A stretch of 64,000 nucleotides of DNA from Podarcis melisellensis (lineage: Eukaryota), in assembly GCA_964234715.1 (NCBI GenBank), contig OZ174276.1; one strand, given 5' to 3'. The position numbers and the translations under genes were made by a program. The notes below the pieces were generated by a model. It was not told the origin of the DNA. It did not search any database and was given only the letters and a program-made list of their open reading frames with translations. This document shows, piece by piece, positions 38,301-51,066 of the stretch (the stretch's first letter is position 1; each line of letters opens with the position of its first letter).

Positions 38301-41300
38301 TTCTCTCTCTGTGTGTGTCTCTTCCTGCTTCATGGCAGGGTTTCCATTTGTGGTTGGAAAGCCATTTCACTTTTTGTTAACTTCTTTCTACCCATTCAGG
38401 TTCATTAACCAGGTCAACCTGGCCGCTGTCATGATACAGCGCTGGTACAGACGACACTCTCAGAGGCACAAGGAAGGTGCAGCCCAGCTCAGGCGCTTAC
38501 TAGCTTCCAAAAGAGAGGTATGTATAGCATACATGCATTGTATAAAGCGGACTTCACGTTTCCTGAGAATTAAGGAAAACGATTCTTTGTTCCCCAAATA
38601 GTTTTGTTCATTTGGGGTTATATGGTGCTGTGTCAGAAGTGATATCTCCTCTTCTGACATTTGCTCCTAAGGAGTAGCTTCTTATTGGAGGAACCATTCT
38701 CAGATGAAACAAAAGGTTCTGGTTGTTAATCAGAATACTCAGGGCAGGGCGGTTAATGTCGGATGCACTTTTCCAGTTCTTTTGTGTTGATTTACTGATA
38801 TCCATTCATTTGGTCATTTTTTACAGTTCTATGAGCCATTTTTTCAAATAGCATAGTTTGGCAAAGACCTGAAAAAAGTGAGTGGGGATTATGAAGGACA
38901 CTGAAACCTGCCTTCTCCCACTTTCAGGAAGTTCTGTTCATTCCTTTTCTGAAATCTCATCAGATGCTGTCCATATGCTTCTCTAGATTTCCCCCCCCCC
39001 CCCCACTGCTGACTAGCTACAACTGCTTTGTTCTGCTTCCACTGTCAGAGGCAGTATGTTTCTTGGCACTGTGAGAACAGGATACAGTCATACCTCGGGT
39101 TAAATATGCTTCAAGTTGAGCGCGTTCGAGTTGCGCTCCTCGGCAACCCGGAAGTAATGGAGCGTGTTACTTCCGGGTTTCGCCATTTGCGCATGCGCAC
39201 TCAAAATGACGTCATGCACAAAAGCAGCGAAAAGCGACGCGCGCATGTGAAGGCGTTCCGCCGCTAGTTACGTTTACCTCTTGATGTGAACGGGGCTCTG
39301 GAATGGATCCCATTCGTATCTAGAGGTACCACTGTACTGGACTAGAGGGGCCTTTGGTCTGATCCAGCAGGCCTCTTCTCTTCTTCCTAGATTGGTAGCT
39401 TAAAAAGAAAACAGAAAAAACTGGTTTTTTTAGAGAGATTTATTCATTAGTTCATTTTCAGAACAGCTCCTTTCTTTAACCCAAATTTGATGCTGCCGCT
39501 CTGAAATAATCCAAACTCTACGCCAGTCCTTATTGTTCATCTTTTCTATCAAAAGCTGAAACTACTTCTTTTCCACAGCAGTGTGGCTACAGCTGTGCAA
39601 AAAGCTATTAGTAAGGACTTCCTCATCCTGTCCGATAGTAGCAGAGCCCTCAATCAATTAATTGTCCCACATCTGAAATGTACAGGAACGTCTGAATTTC
39701 TTTTTATTTCTTGAGCTTCTTGATACCTTAATAAAAACATCTTCGCATGTTAGTCTCTCTTGTGGGGAGCGGGGGAACCCAGCTGTCATTTGTACCAGAA
39801 TAGGAAACTGATAACAACACCTGAAAATCCTTTCTGCCTCAACTCCTTTTAAGGAAAGGCAGCAGCAACTCACAGAGGAGGGCAACATGTTGGATTTGCA
39901 GCGGAGGCGAGACGAGGAGAGGAAAAAGATTCGAGAGGAGAAGGCACGTCTTGCCAGACGAGCAGCCATCCAGGTAGGGGCTTGTAACAGCATTGCCTGC
40001 CTTGGACATTAAGAGGGGAGTTCATTGCTTTGGTTTGTTCAGAGCTTGCAACATGTTAATTTGCCAGTGCTGCAAATGGAGGAGCAAGTGGACCATAACA
40101 GAACACTAACACCATTTTTTTTTCCTGCTAGGAGCTGCAGCAAAAAAGAGCCCAGAAAGTCTTGGATACGCAACGCTTGGTTGAGGAGGAGCTGGCAGCA
40201 ATGAAAGAGAGCAAGAAAACCAGAAGAAGAAAACCTGAGAAGGCTGGCTCTGTGAAGAACACTAGCCCTGCCAACAGCATCATCAAAGCCAACAATGCAG
40301 GTGAAAAGCACTGGTAGATTGTGAAACTGTAGGTAAAGATGTCTCCTGAACATTCCTCTAGTCCAGGAAGTAGGAAACCTGTGATCCTCCAGATATTGTT
40401 CAGCTACAATTCCCAACATACCTGTTCACTGTCCATGCTTGGCTGATAGGGGTTGAAGTCCCGGGTTCTTCAGAACTTCAGTGCAACGTCTGTGCAGTTA
40501 CACTGGATCTGGTAGGCCTACAACTGTCCTATCATTTTACCAGATAAGTTGCAAAACTGTATATGATCATTGAGACCACAGATTGCATTAGGGAGAACCA
40601 AGCACAAAGTACCATGTCGGAGATGTTGAAGGAATAAGTTCAGAGAAGTCTAGATGCTCAAGTAAGAAGTGTTCAGGAGAAGATGTGTGCAACTGATTGC
40701 TGCAGCTCTGTGGTTGCTGGGAAGTCTTGAGGAAATCAAAAGGGAAGGGCGGAATGGAAATACTATTGCTAAATTGTACATTGCTGTGTCTGCAAACTGT
40801 GTGTGTTACAGTTCCATTTTGTTCCAGTAACACACAGCTTCACTTTGAAGCTCATCCAAATGCAATTGGTGCTTGATCTGAGCAAGTCAAAGAAGAGTCC
40901 ATTGTGATGCTCGCCCACTTCCTCCCATTGTAGTGTAACTAGAAACCTTCATCAGACAAGCTGCACACCAAGGGTGGGGAATTTCAGACCTGGTGCCAAA
41001 TGTGGTTCTCCAGGTCTGTTTGGCCCTCAGGACTCTTCCTCAGGCCATACCCCTATCCAGACCATGCCATTCATCAGCCCTGCTCTGCACCCTCCTCAAG
41101 TGCTTTTGGCTTGTTCGAATGTGTCCTTGGACTTGCAATAATGCCTCCTGCTTCTGTGATGGAGGCTGGAGAGATGGTCTGTATATGCGTTTAGAAATTT
41201 ATGAGGTTTGTGTCGCTGGAACATAGCCTACTATAGAAAGGTAAAAGTCATACCACTTGCTCTACCTACTTTTGCCTTGTCGACATTTACCACCGTCAAA

Positions 41301-44300
41301 TAGCCAAAAGTTCCCCACAAGGAGATCTCCACCTTGGACTAAAAAACAGCCTCCGTTCACCATGCATGTAATAGAAGAGGTTTTTTCAGCCAAAATCTTC
41401 ATTGCTCAAGATATAGTCCTTTGCCCATCTGTTTAAAAAAACAAAAACTCTCACACAAACCCACCACACCTGATTATGTTTCTGGGCACTGGATTCCTAT
41501 TATAGCAAATCCTTTTTGTTGTTATTTACAGATGCCAACTTCCACTTGGCAGCTGCAGATACAGAAGAACATTCTGCTGGGGCTTGTCTGTCTGTCCCAG
41601 GACAAAACAAACTACCTGAAGATCAGCCACAGGTGCCCCTTTCTATTTTCTCATGCTTCCAAATGCTTAGTTGCTGTTTTCTTTTTTTACTCCAGTGACT
41701 TCGCAGTTTGCACAGTTTTCAAGGGCTTTGCTATGAAATATTCTGTTCAGCTTGCGCACTGTACTGTGAGGAGATGGATCTACTCACCCCATTCAAATGA
41801 AACACCAGGAATGCACCCTTCTTGCAATCTCACCGTGCATGGATTTTCTCTGTTTTTAAGGATGTCAGCTCTGGAAAGATGGGCAGTGAAGACTTGGAGA
41901 CTATTATCACTGCAGCCAGCAGAGCACAGTCCAAAGTCACACTTAATGAGCTACTGGATACCTTAAAGTTGTTGGAGGAGGAGCCAGAGTTGCCACCACA
42001 ACCCAAGGCCTGCAAAGAAGATAAATATGCTTGGGTAGATGGGGTAAGTGGAATAGATATAGAAATCTATCTGTCTTTGTCTGTTCCTTTTTCATGATTT
42101 ATTCTGAAGCTGTTACCCTGAATCAACAACCTCATTTGAGGTTCTGGTTTTTTTGTTTTCCATGGGCCAGGAAGTAAAGGGCATCCCATTGCTACTGTCT
42201 CATGTGTGCACAATAATTTGCTGCCGATCTATTGTGACCCACAACTATTTCCACCAACTCCAAATACCTTTGATAGTATTACTTGCATGTTTGGTTATCC
42301 TAAAGAGAGTTGAGGAAATCATCCCCTCTTGAGTCAGAAAGTCTTTCATTTAACTTACACTAGCATCTGGTTTTTAGTTAAAGTGGCCTAGAAGATGACT
42401 TTCCTGGAAAACATGGTCCATCAATAAGTACATGTCCACAACAATTTTACAATTCTATGATTCTCTGATTCTATTCTTATTCTGATTCTTATCCACAACT
42501 CATGGTTGAAGTATATCTGTTCTGCCATTCCTGTCTAAGTCTAGCATAGATAGCTGGCCTTTTCTCCCTAAATACAGGAGGCCGACTCAAATTCTCTCAC
42601 TGCTGACAACCTGGAGAAGTTTGGGAAACTGAACTATTCTCCGGGAGTCCCTGAGGAAGGCACGCTGCTCTCGGAAGCCAAACTTCAGAGCATCATTAGT
42701 TTCTTGGATGAGATGGAGAAATCCGAGCAGGAGCGACCGAGGTCTGCTGCCTCTGCTTCCCAGCGAGAGGTGAGCCCCCAAGCATGAAGTTGACTTTCAG
42801 CAAAGGTGGGAATCGTCCGTTTTCAATGAATTAAGTGGGTAATTGTCTTCACCTGATGCAACAAAAAAGAGGATTGAGTTTGCAAGCTCATAAAATTCAT
42901 ATTGGGATTTTGCTGCTGTATTGGCCTCCAGCATAAACGGCTGGTCTCATCTTCCTTGAGGCAGATAACTAGGTCTGCCTCAGGAAATTAATAGGTTGGT
43001 TTGTAATCGGCAAAACGTGAGCTGAGTAACTTTAGATGTTCTATTAAAAGAGAAACTCTTAGTAGTAACACCAAGACCTGCATTTCTACCACCTGTCAGG
43101 GGCTCTTGTCAGAAGAAGAGCTAGCTCACCTGGAGCAGGCATCAGCAGTTGCCACAGAGGTTACCAGCTCCATCATGCGGCTGAAGCTGGAGGTAGAAGA
43201 GAAGAAGAGAGCCATCACATTGCTACAGACAGCACTGGTGGGTAACTAGAGCCTAATCCCTTGGCAGGTTTGCATGTGCTAGGAAAGGGGGGGGGGCTGT
43301 GTCACAAAGTACAGCAGAGCCCAGGATTCAGCTATGTTGTGTGGAAGATACATGGATTAAAAGCCTGAGCAGCCAGAGTTGCAGAGGCCTACCCTACCTG
43401 ACAGCCTAGGCTTCTGCAGTCTGGTTTGTGAAGCCAGACAAAGCCATCAGTATGGGGGAAGGGAATCAGCTCCGTGGTAGAAGTTCTACGTTGTATGCAG
43501 AAGGTCTCGGATTCAGTCCTTGACATTTCCAAGGTAGGACTGGGAGAAACCCCTGCCTGAAACCCCTGGAAATCCCCCATAAGTCAGGGTAGGCCAAGGA
43601 TGGGGAACCTTTGACCCTCCAGTTGTTGCTGAATTACAGCTCCCATTAGTCCCAGCAAGTATGGCTAATTGCCAGGGATTATAGGAGTTGTATCTCAGTA
43701 ACATCCGGGAGCCAAAGTCTCCTCGCTCCTGGGGTAGACACTGAGATAGATGGACCAGTGGTGTGACTTGGGATAAGGCATCTTCCTACATTCCTTTGGA
43801 TGGGAAAATCCTCTTGTCTGAGAGTAAGCATACACGTGACATGTGTTTTCTTGTCCTTCTCTGTTTTTTTTGCAGGGTTTAATTTGACTGGCTGCATAGC
43901 CCACCCTATTCTTAATATGCCCGGGTTATTGTTTCCTGCAGGCACAGCAACGGGAGCTGACTGTACGTCATGTCAAAGGGACAGAGAAAGAGCTGAGTCG
44001 CCAGCTGGCACTACAAAGGGAGCAGTATGAAGCAGCTATCCAACGGCACCTCGCCTTCATTGACCAGGTATCCTCTTCCTTCCCCCCTCCTTTTTGAAGA
44101 TGGGAAGGTGAAGTTATTATTATTGTGTCCACCCTGCTTACAACCCCTTTCCTAGACTCCTTTGCACTGCTGGCATATCTATATGCTTTTACCTCTCCCA
44201 GCTTCACCTAAACATACTAATTCAACGTGTAATCCTTGACTAGGCTGGTGAAGGGGGAGCTTAGCATCCGCTTTGACACCTGCGTAAGGTGGCAGCCTTA

Positions 44301-45959
44301 AAGTGCTTGCTCTCCCAATTGCCTGCCACTGTAGTAGATGTAATTTTGGGGAGGTGCTGTGACTTTATCCTCCTTTGCACCCATCCCCTACAGCTGATTG
44401 AGGATAAGAAGACTCTGAGCGAGAAATGTGAAGCGGTGGTGACTGAATTGAAACAAGTGGATCAGAAATACACGAAGAAAATTGCCCAGATGCAGGAGCA
44501 GCATGAGCTGGTGAGGAAGTAGCTTTTAGTTCCTTGGGTGACAGAGCTGCACACCAGCTAGATAAAGTATCTGAATAGTTCTCCTTTGGTTCATAGACAG
44601 GAACCAGGTTAAAAGCCGTAAGCAGTGTTGAGACCTTCTGAAGAGCTCTTTCCTGACCAGCCGAGAGAAAGACGAGAGATACAGAATGCTTGAGGGGTGG
44701 AGGGGAGCATAAAGGCTGTCTGAAGTGTAGAAGTTTCGTTTTTCACACAAAAAAATATCCAGTGTATGAGTTCCCCTCCCTTTTTTTGTACACAATATGG
44801 TGGAAAAGGCCTTTTCTTGTACCTGGTGAGAAGATTCTCAACTAAGTCTACCTGAATATTTTTTCTTTGTTCTATGCTTGGTTGCCTTGATACGGCTGAG
44901 GTAATGCTCTGGCTGCTGAATCAGAAGTATTTATGTGACATGATGCATTTGGAGTCATCCTGCTCCTTCTTTGCAAATGGGGAGGGATTTTTTATACCTC
45001 ATGCTGTGCAACGGAATCTGTTTTAAGTTGAAATGAGGGGCATTTGTAACAAAAAGAGAGAATTGGTTATGACTGTCAATAGTGCTTGTCTCTCTTGAAT
45101 TTTTTGGTTGAGCTAGACATCCGAGGGTGGCAGGAGCAATGACAAAGTGTGTATCTCTGGTTCTTGCTGTGCCTGGAGGTAATGCTTATAAGCAGTCCCC
45201 TGCCAGGGCCCTATGACAATTCATCCTTATTTTTCTGAACAGTTTCTTAACTCTGACTGAAACTGGGTAGGAATAACCGTATGTACTCGAATCTGATTCT
45301 CACCTTTTTTTGCCAAATTACGTCGCAAAAATTAAGGTGTGTGTTATAGATTTGGTGGCACATTGGCATTCACCAGCAAACAGTTTTTTTTGTTTCAAGG
45401 TTCTGGAAATTGAGGTGCGCATTAAATTCAATGGCGCATTAGACTCGAGTAAATATAGTAGTTTATAGAGTGCAGTGCCTAAGACTAACTCAAGTTAAGA
45501 CTGTATGTCTTTTATGCTGGTTATAGCAAGTTCACAACAGCATGGCTGCTTGCAAGGGCATTTGTAGCTAAGCATGGGATATGTTACCATTACTAAGCCA
45601 GAAGGATTGTCCTAGGTTCCTGCGAAATCATTCCCCTTTCCTTTGCTGTTCATCCCATTTGGAATATGCTTCATTGGCTGAAGCCATTCAGCCCCATCTT
45701 GCAGTTGGTCCTTCTTAAAAAGAAAGACTTGCCCTGCTGGCTTCCATTTGATTGTAGCTATAACATTTCTGGGAAAGGGCAAATGAAGCTCCTGCCACCC
45801 AGAGCTTTGGAATTAATAAGCCAAACTGACCCAGGCTCTTCTCTCATGTCTTAATAGCTTGTAGCACTTAACTAAGCACCCCTGTTCTATAGGATCATTA
45901 ACAATACAAGATAGTTGTGACTGCCTTTGTTATCATTAAAGGGGAAACTGTAGACGATG

Positions 45960-46004
<45 letters not shown>

Positions 46005-49000
46005 TTGTTATTTATACCCCGCCCATCTGGCTGGGCCTCCCCAGCCACTCTGGGTGGCTTCCGTAGAAACCAAAAATACAGTAAAATATCACACGTTAAA
46101 AACTTCCCTGAACAGGGCTGCCTTAAGATGTCTTCTGAATGTCAGGTAGTTGTTTATCGCTTTCACATCTGCTGGAAGGGCATTCCACAGGGTGGGCGCC
46201 ACTACCGAGAATGCCCTCTGCCTGGTTCCCTGTAGCTTTGCTTCTCGCAATGAGGGAACCGCCAGAAGGCCCTGGGCGCTGGACCTCAGCTAAGACAGTT
46301 AAGGATTTGCATTGGCAAAGCTGCCTACACCAAGGAGGCTCCTTTGCTTGGTTTTGCTGCTTCTGCTTCTTGGCACACCCTTTCCTGCAAAAGTAGGAAG
46401 CTTTCTCGGCGCTTGGATGAGCCTCGCCTTGGCAAACTCTTTGAACGTTCGCAGGAGCCCAGCTGCTCCAGATCTTAGCATTTGCCAGTTGCCTCTTTGC
46501 ACCTGTTTCCCAAGACACTCTTATTTCACACTCCTTTCCATTTCCCTCTATCTCTCACTTCTTCCTCTTTCTCTCTAGGTTTGGCGCACTCTGGGCCCCC
46601 TCTGTGAGGTAAACCTTTTCTGTGCGTGCTCTTTGGCTTCAGCTTTTGTCTCTCTCACCTGTCTTGAGCCTGTTGGTGCAACTATTTGTGAATTCTTTAG
46701 ATCCAGGGGTGGAGAGCCTGTGACGCCTCTTCCCCACCCCGATCTTGTTGGATTCTCAGCTCCCATCAGTCCCACCCAGCAAGAGGGGTCAATGGTTTAT
46801 GAGAGCTGTAATCCAGCAACATCTGGAGGGCCACAGGTTCCCCACCTCCTGTGTTAGGTCCCATCTTTGGGGGTATGGCTAGGGCACTTGTTGCAGCTTG
46901 GGACAAAGAGCTCTTCCTTGATAGTGGCACGCTCTAGGTGCCTGTTTCCATGGTCATGTCAGGTGCCAGCCAAAAGTGGGACTGCTCTTTAACTCTTATC
47001 CTCAGTGCCTTACTGAACAGCCTTTTGCTGGAGTTGCCTGTGAAGCAAAACCAATCCAAATTCCTCAGCCACTTTTGCATTCCTCACTGCCTACTGATAA
47101 ATGGATAGACTCACGTTCAAATATCATTCATAAAATTCAGTGGCTAGACTTGGACAAAACTGAAGACAGATGACAGGGGGTGGTGTTTTTTTCCAGAGCA
47201 TTGAAGATGGTTTGAAAGGGGGGTTGCTGTTCAAGATGTGTATACATGCCCCACTTTGACTTCTATGCAAATAAATTTTGCAAGTTCCATTTTGTTTTAA
47301 AGGGTGGGATTCAACACTAGGCCTGCTCAGAGTAGATCCACTGAAATGAATGAACTTGACTAAGTTAAGTCTATTAATTTCAGTAGGTCTGCTGTGTCGA
47401 ATTCCACCCATAATTTGAAAAAGTGTTTGTACAGAGATAGCAATAGGACAAAATAAACACATGTGTGCACCATCAAAAGCAAAACGTCTCTCAAGAAAAG
47501 GCAGTGGCATTGTCCTTCAGCCAATACCATCATTTCTCTGGGTCTAAGAAGCCAATGAGCACCGATGATTAATTCTAGTATGCTAACAAGATTGCAAAGT
47601 GGAATACTGACAAGGGGGAAATAGAAATAGGCTGTAATCCTAGCCTTGATCTGCACTTAGAGGGGATGCATTCAGTGGAGATGTTCCTTTGCTAGGCTCT
47701 GCTGGCAGGGTAGAAGAGCTCCACTGCCATAGGAACTCTTCCTTAGGAACTCTGCCTTCGGCAGGGGCTGTTTGGGAGCTACTTCTACCAATGTTCCTGC
47801 TGGCAATAGCTGGTGCAAGACTCTGAAATGGAACATTTCAGGAGCAGAGCAGAGCTGGCCAGGGACCCGCAGCTTACTAAGCTGGCCCATTTGGTAGAAA
47901 GGGGCCAATGGGCTATTGTGCCAGCCTATAGCTAGTGCAGAAAAATAAGAAGCTACCCCCACCTCCATATTCTGCACTGGTCAGCAGGAGCCAGCAGGGC
48001 TTCAGGTGTGGCAGTACCTCTGCCACTCCGAACAATCCTGGGCAGAGTCAGGATTACTCTACTGCATTCAGAATAAACGCTGTCGGTAATACTTAATTAG
48101 ATGGAGCAATTATCCGACTCAGTTTAAGGCACTTCTTTCATGTTCCTGTGTGCCCTCCCTCCTCCATTTTATAACTGAAGTGTTTAGGTTTCCTGATTCT
48201 GTTGGCAAAGCCCAATGTAGTGGAGAGCTAGAAGGTGGGGGAGAGGGAACCTTGAATTGCTTTTCGTGAGGCAGGGGATGTAAAAGGAAGTGTGGACCCT
48301 GTCTTAGCTACTAGCAGGCCAGCCAACAGTACACCTTCAGCTGAAATCACCAGACCACCTTTCCCTGTGCCTGTGGCTAGAAATCTGCTTCTTAAAATTT
48401 GGGATCCTCAGAAGTGAAATCCCTCATCTTGCTTTTTTTCTTGCTTTGCCACATAAATGTGCACAGTCCTGCTTATATACTCAGTCTGTGTGAGGGTAGT
48501 GCACAAACCCGAATTTACTTAGGTATATGCTTTTGGTAGGTTCTGTTGCTGTTTCTCTATCTTTGGATATATTGTTGATAGCTGGGAAGGAAAACTCATT
48601 ACAGGTTTTCTTTGCAAGGTTGCATTGCTGGGAATCCAGCCAGAGTTGCAGGGAGGCAGGGAGGCAGGATGTGCACCTACTGCTTTCTCAGTGTATAGAG
48701 GAGACACTTCATGACTGCCTGGGCAGGTTCATGGCAGCATGTTTTCAGTATTTAATGAAGAAATGTCTGATTTGTGTCTTGCATTCCCCCCTCCCCTTTT
48801 CTTCCCCTGCAGGAAATAAAGAAGCTGAAGGAACTCATGAGTGCCACAGAAAAGATCCGCCGGGAGAAATGGATTGATGAGAAAACCAAGAAGATCAAAG
48901 AGATCACTGTTAAAGGTATTTGTGGATAGCTGTGACTGAGTCATCTTCTTGCTATCATTATGCACAAGGAGTGGCTTATTCAATGTAGAGTTAGTGGGGC

Positions 49001-51022
49001 TGCAGAACCGACTCCTTTTATAATAATAATAATAGTGATAGTAATAGTAGTAGTAGTAATAATAATAATAATAATAATAGCAAGAGTAATAATAATTACA
49101 GTTATTACACTATATCCTGCCTTTTGCCAGGGGCTCAAGGCGGCTCACTAAAATGAAAACTAATACAAATGAAACACACATAGCTAATGCATTTTATATA
49201 TGTATATATAAGTTTAAAAGTAATGACACTAACAATGTAAAAAACTCTGTATTAAAATGCAATTGGGGTGGGGTGTTCAGTACAGTTAGCACTGTAGCAT
49301 CCCTGCTTCTAAAACTGAGTCATCATTATGTGTGACTTTAGGGAGGTGATGGAGGGGAGATTGTTCCAGCTTTTTGTGCAAAAAATAAGCTTCTTTAACA
49401 AGAGTACTAGGGAGTGACTTTTTAAAAAGCAAAATCTATAGGATTTGACGTAGTCTCTCCTTGTTGAGAATTACTTAGTAAGCATTGCGTATATGCTTTG
49501 CCCCACTAGGATCAGAGGTCAGGGGTTTTTGGTTTTTTTTTCTGTTCCCTTACCATGGCTCAGCTTTGTTACTAGAGTTTTTTGTGTGTTTTTAAAAAGT
49601 TTTTATTATTAAAATAATTCAGCATTAATACACACATATTACGAATATACAAGCATACAAAAATACATTTCATACAATCCTTAAAAATGTTCAAACATAC
49701 CCACACTCAATCCCACAGATACTTCCTTTTCCCATCACCATCCCTCACCCCTCACCCCATCTTTGTGTTAGACTTCCAATCTACTCAATTGCAATTTCTT
49801 TCCACTTCTATTACTTTCTTTCACATACCTTTAACCCAATTTTCTGCTTCTTTTTCTATTACACATTGTTATCCATCTTATTTAGTATTTCAGTATTTGA
49901 AACGGAACTTGTTTATTCTAATAGGAGTTCTGATTTTTCAATATGGTTTTGCAAGTATCCTTTAAACACCTTCCAGTCCCTGTCTATCTTCTCTTTTGAG
50001 ATCCTTCCAATTTCTCCCATTGTTTTGGATATATTGTAATACTCCAATAATTTGGCAAGCCACTCTGTTTTTGTCGGTATAATACTACTTTTCCATTTTT
50101 TAGCAATCAATAGCCTTGCGGCTACTGTTGCATATAAATATAATGTCATGTCTTCTTTAGACTTCCTGGTACTATTCCCAATAGAAAACCTTCTGGTGTT
50201 TTCCTAAATGAATATCTGAACATTTTTTTCATTTCGTTATATATTGTTTCCCAAAATTGTTTGATGTTTAAACAATTCCACCATATATGCATCATAGTAC
50301 CTTTTCCAGTGTTGCAGAGTTTTTGTTTGGAACTGAGATCAGGGTGACCCAGTCAGATGACTGTCAGGGTTTCAAGGCTTCTTCTTACTATATCATGCGC
50401 AGTAAGCCTCCATCATTCACTAGGTCAGCCAGCACTTGCCATGGCCAGAGAGCTATGTGCTGTATATAAAGGTTGCATGTGTGCATGGAATGTTTTAATG
50501 TAAAGTATTCCAATTGTAGTTTTTTGCTTTTCAGCAAAGTTTGCCTACTTTGGCAAGTGGGACCTTTCTTTAGTGACAGCCCCTCTTGCCGCCACCACCC
50601 ATATCTTGCTAATAGTCTTCCCCATTTGTTCTCCATTCAGGTCTGGAGCCTGAGATTCAGAAGCTTATTGCTAAGCACAAGCTAGAGATCAAAAAGCTGA
50701 AAACGCTGCATGAAGCAGAGCTGCTGCAATCCGATGAGCGGGCAGCCCAGCGCTACGTACGCCAGACAGAGGAGCTGAGGGAGATGCTGGAGCATGAGAA
50801 AGAAGAGCAGGGGCAACGAGAGAGAGAGCTGGCAAGGCAACGGTATGTAGGGCTTAGGGCGCAGGGCTTGCACAACTTACTTATACAGAGGGGCGGTGGA
50901 AGAGGACTACATTGCAACTGTGCAAAGAGAGGGAGGAGCTGGCGAGGCAACCCAGTGTGGTGGCACACAAAAGAAGTGGGGACTGGCATGGCAGCTGTTC
51001 TGGGAAGGGAAGGTGGCCCGTG

Positions 51023-51066
<44 letters not shown>

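Noticed and set aside
45117-45178. AG...GAG/GTAATG-bounded candidate exon in a CEP131 intron
   Set aside because: 62 nt (frameshifting) with a modest pyrimidine tract; no further support.
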